Notes: a model not told the origin generated them from the letters alone. Counted from the first letter of the stretch, positions 48,709 to 58,701 are shown. The stretch: DNA of 64,000 nt from Terrimicrobiaceae bacterium (GCA_041752695.1 JBGSVZ010000092.1:1-64000); one strand, 5' to 3'. Numbers and translations are program-made.

Positions 48709-48762
48709 GTCTTACCATCAATCATCGGCGGACGGTTTGAAAGGGTCTTCTTGGCCGGGATT

Positions 48763-49539
48763 TCAGCCCGCTTTTTCGATCAAGGCATAAGCGTTATGAT
48801 TGTGAATGGATTCGAAGTTTTCCGCTTCCGCGCGGTACCAGGTAATATTAGGATCGGCGTTGCAGCGGGCGGCGATGTTGCGCACGAGGTCTTCGACGAA
48901 AACCGGATTGTCATAGGCGCGCTCGGTCACCTCTTTTTCGTCAGGCCGTTTGAGGAGACTGTAAAGCTCGCTGCTGGCGCAGTCTTCCACGAGTCGGATC
49001 ATGTCCTCGATCCACATGGGTTTTTGGAAGCGGATCGCCAGGGTGACCTGACCGCGTTGGTTGTGAGCGCCGCGTGCGCTGATGGCTTTGGAGCAGGGAC
49101 AGAGGGTCGTGACGGGAACGACGGCCGTGACGATAAAATCCATTTTTCCCTTTTCCAGAGTGGCGTTAAAGCGCGCCGTGTAGTCCATCAGGCCGGGGGC
49201 TTTTGTTGCGGGGGCCAGTTTTTCGAGGAAGAAGGGAAACTCGAAATCGACATGCGCGCAGTCGCTCTCCAGCCGTTTCGTGAGCTGCTCCAGAATCTCG
49301 CGGATATTGTCCACGTGGAGGACCGGTCCATGCGAGTTGAGGGCCTCGACGAAGCGGCTCATATGAGTGCCTTTGAAATGGTGGGGCAGATCGACCGTGA
49401 GTTGCACGGTGGCAATGGTGCTCTGGACGGAGTGATTTTTGTCGCGAATCTGAATCGGATAACGCAGGTCCTTCACCCCCACGCGGTCGATGGGAATCTG
49501 GCGCGTGTCGTGTTCGTTTTGGGTGTCTTTCAACGTCAT
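48763..49539 (-). CDS. folE2: GTP cyclohydrolase FolE2 (type IB)
   Basis: IDRVGV, KGTHMSRF, TTLCPCSK, GAHNQR, LLKRPDEK, NPVFVED, ESIHNHNAYA. Confidence 0.95.
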   Translation of the reverse strand: MTLKDTQNEHDTRQIPIDRVGVKDLRYPIQIRDKNHSVQSTIATVQLTVDLPHHFKGTHMSRFVEALNSHGPVLHVDNIREILEQLTKRLESDCAHVDFEFPFFLEKLAPATKAPGLMDYTARFNATLEKGKMDFIVTAVVPVTTLCPCSKAISARGAHNQRGQVTLAIRFQKPMWIEDMIRLVEDCASSELYSLLKRPDEKEVTERAYDNPVFVEDLVRNIAARCNADPNITWYRAEAENFESIHNHNAYALIEKAG

Positions 49540-49629
49540 GATCAAAATCATACGAAGCCGGTGGCGGGGGCGGCACGGAAAATGTTTGGCATTCCGCCCG
49601 CAGATGCGGAAATGATGCCGTCTTTCCCG

Positions 49630-51033
49630 ATGAAGTTACCTCCTGTTCTTGCCATTGATCTCGGCACCTCCTCCGTCCGGGCCGGGTTGTTTGATGTCCG
49701 CGGTAAACGTGTTCCGGGCACGGTTGCGCAGCGGATTTACACCTTAAAAACTGGGAGGGACGGCAAGGCGGAACTCGATCCGTTTGATGTCCTGCGTCAG
49801 ACAAAAGCCTGTATCAAGGAGGCGACAACCGGCTGGCATACGATATCGGCGGTCGGGATGTCGTGTTTCTGGCACAGTCTGCTGGGCACGGATGCGGAGG
49901 GGAATCCGCTCACGCCCATTTACACGTGGGCCGATTCCCGCTGCCGCGAGGACGCAGCACGGCTGCGGGAGGAACTGGGTGAGCGGGAAGTTCATGCCGA
50001 GACCGGGTGTATGATTCGGAGTTCGTTCTGGCCGGCGAAGCTGCGGTGGTTGCAGCGCACCGACCGATCGAGGTTCCGTCGGGTGCATTATTGGATGTCT
50101 CCCGGCGAATGGGTGCAGTGGCGGCTGGCGGGTAAATCGCGCTGCGCCTTTGGCATGGCCACGGGGACTGGGTTGTTTGATCCGACGAAGCTCGCTTGGA
50201 GCCCTCGGTTGCTCGAGGCCTGCAACTTTTCCGCGGACCGCATGCTTTCGGTCGGCGACGAGCCGGCCGACTGGCGAGGGGTGCCTTGGTTTCCCGCCAT
50301 TGGCGACGGTGCGGCCAGCAACCTTGGGTCAGGCGCGGTAGATGCCGGTCGCGGCGCGATTAATGTCGGCACCAGCGCCGCATTACGCATCATGCGTGTG
50401 GGCCCGGTCGCCAAGGCCCCCTTCGGTCTTTTTGCCTATCGCGTGGACGCCCAGCGTTATCTGGTTGGGGGGGCCGTCAGCAACGCCGGAAATCTCCATG
50501 CCTGGTGTTTGCGTGAGCTGCGTCTTCCGGACAACTCTGCCGCCATCGAGAAAGCACTTTCCGACCGTCCTGGCCCCAGCCACGGCCTGACCGTGCTCCC
50601 CTTTTGGACGGCCGAACGCGCCCCTACATGGGATGAAACGGCGATGGGGGCCATCGTCGGCCTGCGTCAGAGCACCTCCTCGTTGGACCTCCTCCAGGCC
50701 ATCACGGAAGGTTTTTATCACCGTCTTGGCATGATTGCCGAAATGCTGGCGGGCGATGCCCAACCGAAATGGATCGTGGCCGGTGGCATCCTAAAATCGA
50801 AATCTGCACTCCGGCGCCTGGCCAACGTGATGGGCCGCGCCGTTTATGCGAATCCCGAACCCGAAGCCTCTCTGCGCGGTGCGGCTGTCTTTGCGTTGGA
50901 GAAGCTGGGTCTATCCATCGCTGAGATGAAGTACGGGTTGCCCACCGCACCGAATCCCGCCATCCATCGACTCTACAAAACCGACCGAACGCGCCAAGTC
51001 AGGGCGGAAGAGGTGCTGTCGACTCTGGGCTGA
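49630..51033 (+). CDS. FGGY-family gluconokinase
   Basis: LAIDLGTSSVRA, WHSLL, TWADSR, GDGAASNLGSG, GTSAALR, AERAP.W. Confidence 0.85.
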   Translation: MKLPPVLAIDLGTSSVRAGLFDVRGKRVPGTVAQRIYTLKTGRDGKAELDPFDVLRQTKACIKEATTGWHTISAVGMSCFWHSLLGTDAEGNPLTPIYTWADSRCREDAARLREELGEREVHAETGCMIRSSFWPAKLRWLQRTDRSRFRRVHYWMSPGEWVQWRLAGKSRCAFGMATGTGLFDPTKLAWSPRLLEACNFSADRMLSVGDEPADWRGVPWFPAIGDGAASNLGSGAVDAGRGAINVGTSAALRIMRVGPVAKAPFGLFAYRVDAQRYLVGGAVSNAGNLHAWCLRELRLPDNSAAIEKALSDRPGPSHGLTVLPFWTAERAPTWDETAMGAIVGLRQSTSSLDLLQAITEGFYHRLGMIAEMLAGDAQPKWIVAGGILKSKSALRRLANVMGRAVYANPEPEASLRGAAVFALEKLGLSIAEMKYGLPTAPNPAIHRLYKTDRTRQVRAEEVLSTLG

Positions 51034-51039
51034 CGGTTC

Positions 51040-51762
51040 TCAGGAATCGGCTCGCCGTGCAACATACACCGTGCTCGACGACTCGCCGTCTTGCAGGGGG
51101 TTTTCGAAACTAACAGTTTCAGCGCGGGGCTCCGTGAAGACCTCCGCCAGCGAGGCCAGAAATTCCGCATCCGCCCCACCATCCGACCACATGGCAAACA
51201 CGCCTCCTGGCCGTAGCAAGGCTGCCATGCGAGCCAGACCTTCGGTCTCGTAAAATGCGGCATGGCTCGGGTGCAGGAGAAAGCGTGGCGTGTGATCGAT
51301 GTCGAGCAGGATGGCGTGGAATGTTTGATCCGGTTCCTCCGGATCGAGCGTCCCGGCCCGCACTTGCGCGAAAAAATCCGCGTGCACCATCCGGCAGCGG
51401 GCGTCGGCGGATAGTCCGGCGCCGAGCGGGACGAGTCCGGCCCGGTGCCATCCGATCACTTCTGCCAGCGCATCAATTACGACCAGCGAACGAACGCGCG
51501 AATCCTCCAAAGCGGCGCGCGCGGTGTAGCCGAGCCCGAGTCCGCCGACGGCCACAACGAGCTCATCGCCGTCGCAGGCCGCGAGCCCGAGCCGGGCGAC
51601 GGCCACCTCGGCATTGTGAAACAAACTCGACATGAGGTATTCGCCGCCCAGTTTCACCTCGTAAACCTCCCGGTCGTCCAACATCGCCACGCGCCGCCGT
51701 TGCAGCGTCAGCGGGCCAAGCGGGGTTTCCCGATAATCCAGCTCTTCAAAATTCCGGCTCAT
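51040..51762 (-). CDS. Spermidine synthase-like SAM-binding protein
   Basis: EYLMSSLF, GGLGLGYTA, AILLDIDH.P, GGVFAMWS. Confidence 0.82.
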   Translation of the reverse strand: MSRNFEELDYRETPLGPLTLQRRRVAMLDDREVYEVKLGGEYLMSSLFHNAEVAVARLGLAACDGDELVVAVGGLGLGYTARAALEDSRVRSLVVIDALAEVIGWHRAGLVPLGAGLSADARCRMVHADFFAQVRAGTLDPEEPDQTFHAILLDIDHTPRFLLHPSHAAFYETEGLARMAALLRPGGVFAMWSDGGADAEFLASLAEVFTEPRAETVSFENPLQDGESSSTVYVARRADS

Positions 51763-51810
51763 GCCTCGAGTATTTCCGTTCGCCACGATTGCGCCGAACT
51801 ATATCTTAGC

Positions 51811-52230
51811 TCAGGTCGTTTTTGCGCGGGGAAACTCGGCCAGCGCGCCGCCGCCAAGGCAGATAAACTCCGAATCGTGCAGGTGCAGCCGCCACGACTC
51901 GTAGCCGCTGGAAAGTTGCAGAAATTGTACTACGCGGTCGCCGCTGAAATGAATCCCAAGGTCGCCGGTTCTGGCGTCGTAGGTCGCAAGGGTGATGCTC
52001 TCCCCTTGCAGGGCCGCCGTGACGACTTCCTCCGCGTCGATGGGAGATGACTGACCAAAGTGCTCCTGATCGTCCATCGAGGAAATGAGGATTCCCTGCA
52101 ATGTCACGACCCGCCAGGGTTCCTCGGTAAAAATGGCATCCCCGCCGCTCAAAAGGAACGACCAAGAGGTCCCTTCGTTTCGCACAAGGGTGAGCGACTG
52201 ACCAACCAACTCGGTAGGGTCGAAGTTCAT
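51811..52230 (-). CDS. Hypothetical protein (start uncertain)
   Basis: Globular-looking composition with SSGYESW...ICLGGG; no family recognised with confidence. Confidence 0.65.
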   Translation of the reverse strand: MNFDPTELVGQSLTLVRNEGTSWSFLLSGGDAIFTEEPWRVVTLQGILISSMDDQEHFGQSSPIDAEEVVTAALQGESITLATYDARTGDLGIHFSGDRVVQFLQLSSGYESWRLHLHDSEFICLGGGALAEFPRAKTT

Positions 52231-52362
52231 CCTGACTAAAACCATCACCCCATTTTTGATTTCAGCAAGAGGGGATTTTTTCGTCTCATCGGTGGAAGGC
52301 TGTTGCTGACAATGAGGCCTGACAAATTCGCGGTTTGGGGCGATGGTCGGAAAGTTCCTGCT

Positions 52363-52758
52363 ATGAAACTTTATCTCCTCCTCGGCTTGTTGCTCACGTC
52401 CCTCGTGGGCGCGGTGGCCCAATCGGGATCTTTGGTGATTGGGTCTGGCGGGCAACTTGTGATCGGGGGCGCGGAAAAATTCGGAGGCATTGGAGCCGCA
52501 GTGAACAAGGATGCTGCGACGCAGGCGTTTTATGTGGCGGCCCTTCTCCCTGGTTACGGTGCGGCAAAATCGGGGATGCTGCCGAATGATGCGATCCTGG
52601 AAGTGAACGGTGTGCCCGTTGTGGGGATGGAATTGAAGGAGGTAATCATGCTGATCCGCGGTCCGGCGGGTTCTGCCGTGGAGGTGGTGGTGGGCCGGGA
52701 CCCCAGTGCGCCTCCTCTGCGATTCCTGATCGTGCGCGAGGAGATCAAGAGCCCCTGA
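52363..52758 (+). CDS. Small secreted PDZ-domain protein
   Basis: Signal peptide; FGGIG, AAKSG..PND.I..VNG, IRGPAGS.V; resembles the CtpA PDZ domain with no protease domain. Confidence 0.82.
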   Translation: MKLYLLLGLLLTSLVGAVAQSGSLVIGSGGQLVIGGAEKFGGIGAAVNKDAATQAFYVAALLPGYGAAKSGMLPNDAILEVNGVPVVGMELKEVIMLIRGPAGSAVEVVVGRDPSAPPLRFLIVREEIKSP

Positions 52759-52761
52759 TCT

Positions 52762-53469
52762 CTAGCTAATCAGGAGGAGCCTGCGCTCCATTCCAGGCAG
52801 AGTGAGAGGGGCTCGGTGAATACAGGGAAGAACAGGACTTCCGGGGTATTCGGTGGCGATCCGCCAGAGGTTGCCGACGCCAAATGAATAGGGTTGAGCC
52901 TCAGGCAGAGGGGCGTAGTGAAGATCGAAATAGTGGTCGTTTAGAAATTCGCAAAACGCCTCATCGTCCGCACCGCCACAAACGCGGAGTAGTCTGGCTC
53001 GGGTTTCGGGGAGATCCACGTGTCGCACGGCCTGGGCGTTAGGCAGTCCCTCGCTTGGAGCGCCATGATAGGTGCAAAGCCAAGTGTCCGCTTCCACGGT
53101 GGCGCTGTCGACATGGAAGGAAGACACATCGGTGCGCAATGGGGAGGGATCCTCCGCGGGGGGAGAGGGGGCCACGCAGTCCAGCGAAGGGGAAAGCCCC
53201 AACGCTCGCAACAATCGCTGGTCTTCGAGAAGAATAGCGAGAGCCACGCGGCCCGCTGCGCTGAGGGGCAGGCGGGCGACCTCGTCGAGGTCGAGGGTGT
53301 TGATGCCGGGGTGCACCTCCAATTGGGTGACGATCTCCGCGAAATTCCCTGTCAGCACGCGCGGCCAGCAGAAGGCGTTGATTCCGTGGGCAAATGGCGT
53401 CGTCGCCAGTTCCTGAAAACTCCCGACGATTTGGATGGTGTGGGGGGTGGGGGGAAATATGCGGGGCAT
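52762..53469 (-). CDS. DUF1826-like protein
   Basis: SFHVD, LCTYHG, IHRAP, RRLLL. Confidence 0.65.
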   Translation of the reverse strand: MPRIFPPTPHTIQIVGSFQELATTPFAHGINAFCWPRVLTGNFAEIVTQLEVHPGINTLDLDEVARLPLSAAGRVALAILLEDQRLLRALGLSPSLDCVAPSPPAEDPSPLRTDVSSFHVDSATVEADTWLCTYHGAPSEGLPNAQAVRHVDLPETRARLLRVCGGADDEAFCEFLNDHYFDLHYAPLPEAQPYSFGVGNLWRIATEYPGSPVLPCIHRAPLTLPGMERRLLLIS

Positions 53470-53513
53470 GAAGTTGGCCGAAGGCCAAGGTCGTCCGTCC
53501 ATTTGTCGATCTT

Positions 53514-56500
53514 TCAGGGTGCGGGCGCCAATTCCGGTGTGGGCGAATTTTTATCCTGCCCGGACTTCGCCTTGCGCCGTCCGGTGAGGCGTTCGAGGTA
53601 GAGGTAGATGATGGGGGTGATGTAGAGCGTGACGAGTTGCGAGATGAGGAGGCCGCCGACCACGGAGAGACCGAGGGGCTGCCGAACGTCGCCGCCCGCG
53701 CCCAGGCCGAGGGCGATGGGGAGGGTGCCCATGGTGGCGGCCATGGTGGTCATCATGATGGGGCGGAAACGCACAAGGCAGGCGTCGAAGATGGCGCGTT
53801 CGGGCGGTAGGTTATCGTTGCGTTGAGCCTCGAGGGCAAAGTCGATCATCATAATGGCGTTCTTTTTCACAATGCCGATGAGCATCAGGAGGCCGACGAA
53901 CCCGTAGACGTTGAGTTCCATGCCAAAGACCAGCAGCGTCAGGAGCGCACCGAAGCCGGCGGAGGGAAGGCCGGAAAGAATGGTAAGGGGGTGGATGAAA
54001 CTTTCGTAGAGAATGCCCAGGATGATGTAGATGACAACGATGGCCATGAGGAGCAGGAAGCCGAGGTTGCCAAGGGAGGCTTGGAAGGCCTGGGCGGTTC
54101 CTTGAAACTGCGAGCCGATTTGTTCGCCGATCTCGGTGGCAGCGAGGGCATTAATTTTCGGAACGACGTCGCTCAGCGAAGTGCCTTTGGCGAGATCAAA
54201 GGACAGGGTGACGGCGGGAAGCTGGCCGAGGTGTTGGACGGTGAGGGGGCCGACCTGGGTTTTGAATTTCGCCACGGCGTCAAGAGCGACGAGGCGGCCG
54301 GTGGTGGAGGAGCGAACGTAGAGGCGGGAAAGATCGGCGGCTTCGCGTTTAAAGTCTTCGTTGGCTTCGATGATGACTCTGTATTGATTGTTGGGGGTGT
54401 AGATCGTGGAGATCTGCCGCTGGCCATAGGCGGCACCAAGAGTGCGCTCGATCTGGGCGGCGGTGACGCCGAGGGTGGAGGCTTTGTCGCGGTTGATATC
54501 AACAAGCACCTGGGGGTTGGAAATCTGCAGGTCGGTGGTGACATCAATAATGCCGGGGGTGCCGCGCATCTTTTCCTCCATGGTGGAGGCGGCGGAGTAG
54601 AGCTCGTCAAGGTTCGGACCGAAGAGGGTGAATTGGTAAAGGCTTTTGGTTTGCATGCCACCGATCCGAATGGTGGGCGGGTTCTGCGGGAAAACCTTTA
54701 GTCCTGGGATGCCGGAGAGGTCGCGGCGGAGCTGGCGGACAATGTCTTCGATGGGCGGGCGTTCGCTGCGTGGTTTCAGGGTGAGGAAGAGGCGGCCGGT
54801 GTTTCCTCCGGAAGAGCCCTGTCCGCCGCCGATGCGGGACATAAAGGCTTCGACGTTGGGGTTCTTGCCGACGATGGCGGCGGCTTGTTGCTGGAGTTCC
54901 ATCAGTTTCTCAAAGGAGACTCCCTGTTCGGCCTCGGTGGAAATCATGATGCGGCTGGTATCTTCGTTGGGCAGGAATCCTTTCGGCACGATGGTGAAAA
55001 GCCAGACGGTGGCGGCGGCCATCAGGATGGCAATCACGCTGACGATGAGGTGATAACGCAGGGCGAGACGGAGAGTTTTTTCGTACCCCTTCAGAACGCC
55101 GTCGAAGACCGCTTCCGACCAGCGGAAAAGAATGTTGTTGCTGGCGCTGTGGGCCTGCTTGAGAAAGCGGCTGCAGAGCATCGGGGTGAGTGAGAGCGAG
55201 ATGAAACCCGAGAGCAAAATCGCGACGGCGATGGTAACGGCGAATTCGTTGAGGAGCCGGCCGAGGATCCCGCCCATAAACAGCACGGGGATGAAAACTG
55301 CGGCGAGGGAGAGGGTCATCGACAGGATGGTAAACCCGATCTCGCGCCCGCCCTTCAGCGCGGCCTCCATCGGCGTGTCGCCATTTTCGATGTAGCGCAC
55401 GATGTTTTCGAGGACGACGATCGCATCGTCCACCACAAAACCCACGGCGAGAATGAGGGCCATGAGGGAGAAATTGTTCACGCTGAAACCGAGGAGGTAC
55501 ATGACTCCGAAAGTGCCGATGATCGAAAGGGGAATAGCCGCGCTGGGGATGAGAGTGGCGCGGACGTTGCGCAGGAACACAAAGATAACGAGCACAACGA
55601 GAACGATGGCGAGGATGAGAGTAAACTCGACGTCGTGGAGGGACTCGCGGATCGACATCGAACGGTCGTAAAGGATTTCCAGTTTCATCCCGCCGGGGAG
55701 TTGGGCCTGATAGGAGGGAAGGATCTCACGGATGCGGTCGATAACGGCGACGGTGTTCGCGCCGGGCTGGCGCTGAATGGCAAGGACTACGCCGCGGGTG
55801 TTGTTGTACCAGCCGAGGTTTTTTTCGTTTTCGACGCCGTCGAGGACGGTGGCGATCTGCCGGAGGCGGACGGGGAACCCCTCGCGGTAGGAAACGATGA
55901 GCTCGCGGAATTCCTTTGCGTTGGTCAACTGCCCGGTGGCCTCAACCGTGCGGGCTTTTGCGCCGGTGTCGAGTTCGCCGGTGGCGGCATTGGAATTGGC
56001 CTCCTTAATTGCGGTCTCGACCTCGTCGAATCCAATACCGCGGGCCGCGAGTTCGCGGGGATCGACTTTTACGCGGACCGCATATTTTTGGGAGCCGTAG
56101 AGATCGACCTGCGCGACGCCCAGGACGGTGGAAAGCCGTTGGGCGATGAGAGTATCGGCGTATTCGTCGACTTTGCTGTGGGGCAAAGTATCGGAGTAGG
56201 CCGCCAGCATAAGGATGGGCTGTTCCGCGGGGTTGACCTTGCGGAAGGACGGCGGCGCCGGCATGTCGGTGGGCAGATCGCGCTGCGCTTGGGAAATGGC
56301 GGCCTGCACGTCCTGTGCGGCGGCGTCGATGTCCCGGGAGAGATCGAATTGGATGGTGATGGTGGACGACCCGAGCGAACTGGTGGAGGTCATCGACTCA
56401 ATCCCGCCAATGGTGGAAAACTCTTTTTCCAGCGGCAGGGCCACAGCGGAGGCCATGGTTTCGGGGCTCGCTCCCGGGAGGCCGGCGGAGACGGTGATGG

Positions 56501-56624
56501 TGGGGAAATCCACGCTCGGTAGATCGCTGACGGGCAGGCGGGAATACGCCAGGAGGCCGAACCCAAGGATGCTTAGCATCACGAGGGTCGTCATGATCGG
56601 TCGGCGGACGAAGAGGTCAGTCAT
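53514..56624 (-). CDS. RND efflux transporter (MdtB/MdtC-like)
   Basis: 1036 aa; GFVVDDAIVVLENI, GIVKKNAIMMIDFA, RFRPIMMTT. Confidence 0.95.
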   Translation of the reverse strand: MTDLFVRRPIMTTLVMLSILGFGLLAYSRLPVSDLPSVDFPTITVSAGLPGASPETMASAVALPLEKEFSTIGGIESMTSTSSLGSSTITIQFDLSRDIDAAAQDVQAAISQAQRDLPTDMPAPPSFRKVNPAEQPILMLAAYSDTLPHSKVDEYADTLIAQRLSTVLGVAQVDLYGSQKYAVRVKVDPRELAARGIGFDEVETAIKEANSNAATGELDTGAKARTVEATGQLTNAKEFRELIVSYREGFPVRLRQIATVLDGVENEKNLGWYNNTRGVVLAIQRQPGANTVAVIDRIREILPSYQAQLPGGMKLEILYDRSMSIRESLHDVEFTLILAIVLVVLVIFVFLRNVRATLIPSAAIPLSIIGTFGVMYLLGFSVNNFSLMALILAVGFVVDDAIVVLENIVRYIENGDTPMEAALKGGREIGFTILSMTLSLAAVFIPVLFMGGILGRLLNEFAVTIAVAILLSGFISLSLTPMLCSRFLKQAHSASNNILFRWSEAVFDGVLKGYEKTLRLALRYHLIVSVIAILMAAATVWLFTIVPKGFLPNEDTSRIMISTEAEQGVSFEKLMELQQQAAAIVGKNPNVEAFMSRIGGGQGSSGGNTGRLFLTLKPRSERPPIEDIVRQLRRDLSGIPGLKVFPQNPPTIRIGGMQTKSLYQFTLFGPNLDELYSAASTMEEKMRGTPGIIDVTTDLQISNPQVLVDINRDKASTLGVTAAQIERTLGAAYGQRQISTIYTPNNQYRVIIEANEDFKREAADLSRLYVRSSTTGRLVALDAVAKFKTQVGPLTVQHLGQLPAVTLSFDLAKGTSLSDVVPKINALAATEIGEQIGSQFQGTAQAFQASLGNLGFLLLMAIVVIYIILGILYESFIHPLTILSGLPSAGFGALLTLLVFGMELNVYGFVGLLMLIGIVKKNAIMMIDFALEAQRNDNLPPERAIFDACLVRFRPIMMTTMAATMGTLPIALGLGAGGDVRQPLGLSVVGGLLISQLVTLYITPIIYLYLERLTGRRKAKSGQDKNSPTPELAPAP

Positions 56625-56631
56625 GGGTGAA

Positions 56632-56731
56632 GAAAGACGCGGGGACGCGGAGAGGGAGAGACGGGGGGAGGCTGGAGTTTGACGCTCTTGGACACTTTTC
56701 CGCGCCGTCGCGGTTCCGGCTCTCGGCGTTT
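56632..56731. repeat. Degenerate octamer tandem repeats in inverted arrangement
   Basis: GACGCGGG-GACGCGGA-GAGGGAGA-GACGGGGG...CCGCGCCG-TCGCGGTT-CCGGCTCT-CGGCGTTT. Confidence 0.55.
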
Positions 56732-57822
56732 CATCGAGCCTCCCTCACCGTCACCTTGCCGCCGGAATTGACGCGGAGTTGGCCCGTGGTAATGACACGT
56801 TCGCCAGGCTCCAACCCGGATTTGATAATGGAAAGGCCGCCGACGGATCGCTCGATCTCGACCTTGCGTAATTTGGCGATGTCTCCTTCCACCACAAAAA
56901 CCTGCGAGCCCTTCTGACCTTCCGTAACGGCGGTGGAGGGGACGACAATCGCGTTGGGCTCTTCCGCGAGCCGGACGTTCACATCGACAAACTGTCCCGG
57001 CCACAGAGCCTCGTCGGCGTTGGGAAAGGTGGCTTTGAACGTAATCATGCCCGACGCACGATCCACCGCATTGTCGATAAACGTGAGTTCTCCCCTGCCA
57101 AGCTCCCGACCGCTGTCGGGTTCGTAGGCGGTGACGGTCGGTTTGGATTTGTCCATCCACTGGCGGACATCGGCAAGGGAATTTTCAGGCAGCGAAAACG
57201 CCACATAGATGGGTTGCATTTGATTGATCACGGCAAGGGTATCTACGTTCGGTTGGGCGATATTGCCGGCTTTGAGCAGGGCCGCCCCGGCGCGCCCGGA
57301 GATGGGAGCGGTCACGCGGGTCCATTCGAGCGAAAGCCGGGCCCCGTCCAAATCGGCCTGGCGGGCGGCGAGTTCGGATTTCTGGGATTCGGCGGTGGAA
57401 AGGAATTGCGAGGTTTGTTCCTTGGACGCGACACCGCGTTTGATGAGGGTGGTGTAGCGCTCGGCCTGCTCAGCGGCGTTTTCAGCGGTGGTCTGCGCGA
57501 TGGCGAGATTGGCTTGGGCGCGTTTGTGGGCGGCGTCGAAGGTGCGCGGATCAATGCTGAAAAGCGGGTCGCCAGCCTTGACTTGGGCGCCATCCGCAAA
57601 ATGGACGTCGAGGATTTCACCTTGAACCTTGGATTTGATCTGCACGCTGGCGATGGGTTCGACCGCGCCGATGGACTTGATCTCGACGGGCATGGCTCGG
57701 GTTTCCACGAGAGCTACTTCCACCGGGGCGGGAGGCGCACCCCCAGTCTGGGGGGCGGGCGCTTTTTTACAGGCCCCCATCAGGGAGACCAGGGCGAGGG
57801 CAACAGGCAGGGATGATTTCAT
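56731..57822 (-). CDS. RND periplasmic adaptor subunit (MdtA-like lipoprotein)
   Basis: MGAC lipobox; VKAGDPLF.IDPR, APISGRAG, IDNAVD, LWPGQFV. Confidence 0.93.
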   Translation of the reverse strand: MKSSLPVALALVSLMGACKKAPAPQTGGAPPAPVEVALVETRAMPVEIKSIGAVEPIASVQIKSKVQGEILDVHFADGAQVKAGDPLFSIDPRTFDAAHKRAQANLAIAQTTAENAAEQAERYTTLIKRGVASKEQTSQFLSTAESQKSELAARQADLDGARLSLEWTRVTAPISGRAGAALLKAGNIAQPNVDTLAVINQMQPIYVAFSLPENSLADVRQWMDKSKPTVTAYEPDSGRELGRGELTFIDNAVDRASGMITFKATFPNADEALWPGQFVDVNVRLAEEPNAIVVPSTAVTEGQKGSQVFVVEGDIAKLRKVEIERSVGGLSIIKSGLEPGERVITTGQLRVNSGGKVTVREAR

Positions 57823-58451
57823 ATGCGGGAAGCTCCGTGGAGAAAACAGTCGGCGGCAAAATCCGCCGAGTCGGTGAGACGGCTAGGAGATTGGTCGCGA
57901 ATGCCCTGACGGATGATTTGCAGGGTCACTCCCAGGAACGCAACGGCGAAAAGACGGGTGTCGCCGGGTTGCAGTTCGCCACTCTCCTGACCGCGGCCTA
58001 CACAGTCTTCGATCAGAACGAGGATGCGACGTTTCAGGTCTTCCAGTTCGGTCCAATGGCGGGAGTGGAGTGGTGAGCTTTGCACCTGATGCTGATGCAG
58101 AAAGATCTCGAAAAAATGGCGGTTGGCATCATGGAAGGCGAATTGCGAATGCACGGCCGCCCTTAAGCATGCGGAAGCGGACTCCCGGGACGTCAGCGCC
58201 GCCTCGAAGTTGGTGGTGATCTGCTGCATTTTTTCCAAGATCACACTGCCGTAGAGATCCGATTTGTCGGCGAAATAAAGGTAGAGGGTGCCCACGGCGA
58301 GGTCGGCCTGACGAGCAATCTCCGCCAGGGAGGCCTTGTGATAGCCCTCCGCGCTAAACGCCCGCTCGGCCGCCGCGAGAATGCGCTGCCGACGGCCGTC
58401 CTTTTCCAGACGGCGGGAGGAATGGCGTTCGATTGGTGAATCCGTGTTCAT
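57819..58451 (-). CDS. TetR/AcrR family regulator
   Basis: ILAAAERAF..EGY...IARQADLAVGTLYLYFADKSDL. Confidence 0.93.
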   Translation of the reverse strand: MNTDSPIERHSSRRLEKDGRRQRILAAAERAFSAEGYHKASLAEIARQADLAVGTLYLYFADKSDLYGSVILEKMQQITTNFEAALTSRESASACLRAAVHSQFAFHDANRHFFEIFLHQHQVQSSPLHSRHWTELEDLKRRILVLIEDCVGRGQESGELQPGDTRLFAVAFLGVTLQIIRQGIRDQSPSRLTDSADFAADCFLHGASRI

Positions 58452-58470
58452 GAAATGAATCTCTGTTCAT
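58437..58470. promoter_or_regulatory. Tandem palindromic TetR operators
   Basis: TGAATCCGTGTTCAT (58437-58451) and TGAATCTCTGTTCAT (58456-58470), overlapping the tetR start codon. Confidence 0.65.
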
Positions 58471-58538
58471 ATAACGTCCCTTCGGAGGGAAAAGTCGTAC
58501 GGTTTTTCAGAATTCTGCGCCGTTATGTGTGCCGGGTG

Positions 58539-58678
58539 TGTGCCATTGTCACAGTTTTCGAACGCCTGGTGCGCCACAGTGGCTCAGACTGAGGGTGGGA
58601 GGAATCGTTTGTTTTTACATAAGCTGTTATCAATCAATAGGATGCGTGGCGTCAGGCGCGCTGGGAACGCATCATGCT
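58539..58678 (+). promoter_or_regulatory. Putative sigma54 promoter with upstream enhancer-like palindromes and an IHF-like site
   Basis: GG-N10-GC in TGGGAACGCATCATGC (GG at 58664, GC at 58676); palindromes TGTGCCATTGTCACA and TGCGCCACAGTGGCTCA; AATCAATAGGATG. Confidence 0.55.
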
Positions 58679-58701
58679 TCTAAGCTGTGAGCTAATTTAT
58701 T

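Noticed and set aside
48613..51033. 806-aa ORF suggesting a kinase fusion
   Set aside because: The first ~340 codons are antisense to folE2; the FGGY kinase motifs begin only at ~49630.
58500..58701. CIRCE element upstream of dnaK/groESL
   Set aside because: No TTAGCACTC-N9-GAGTGCTAA match here or upstream of groES.
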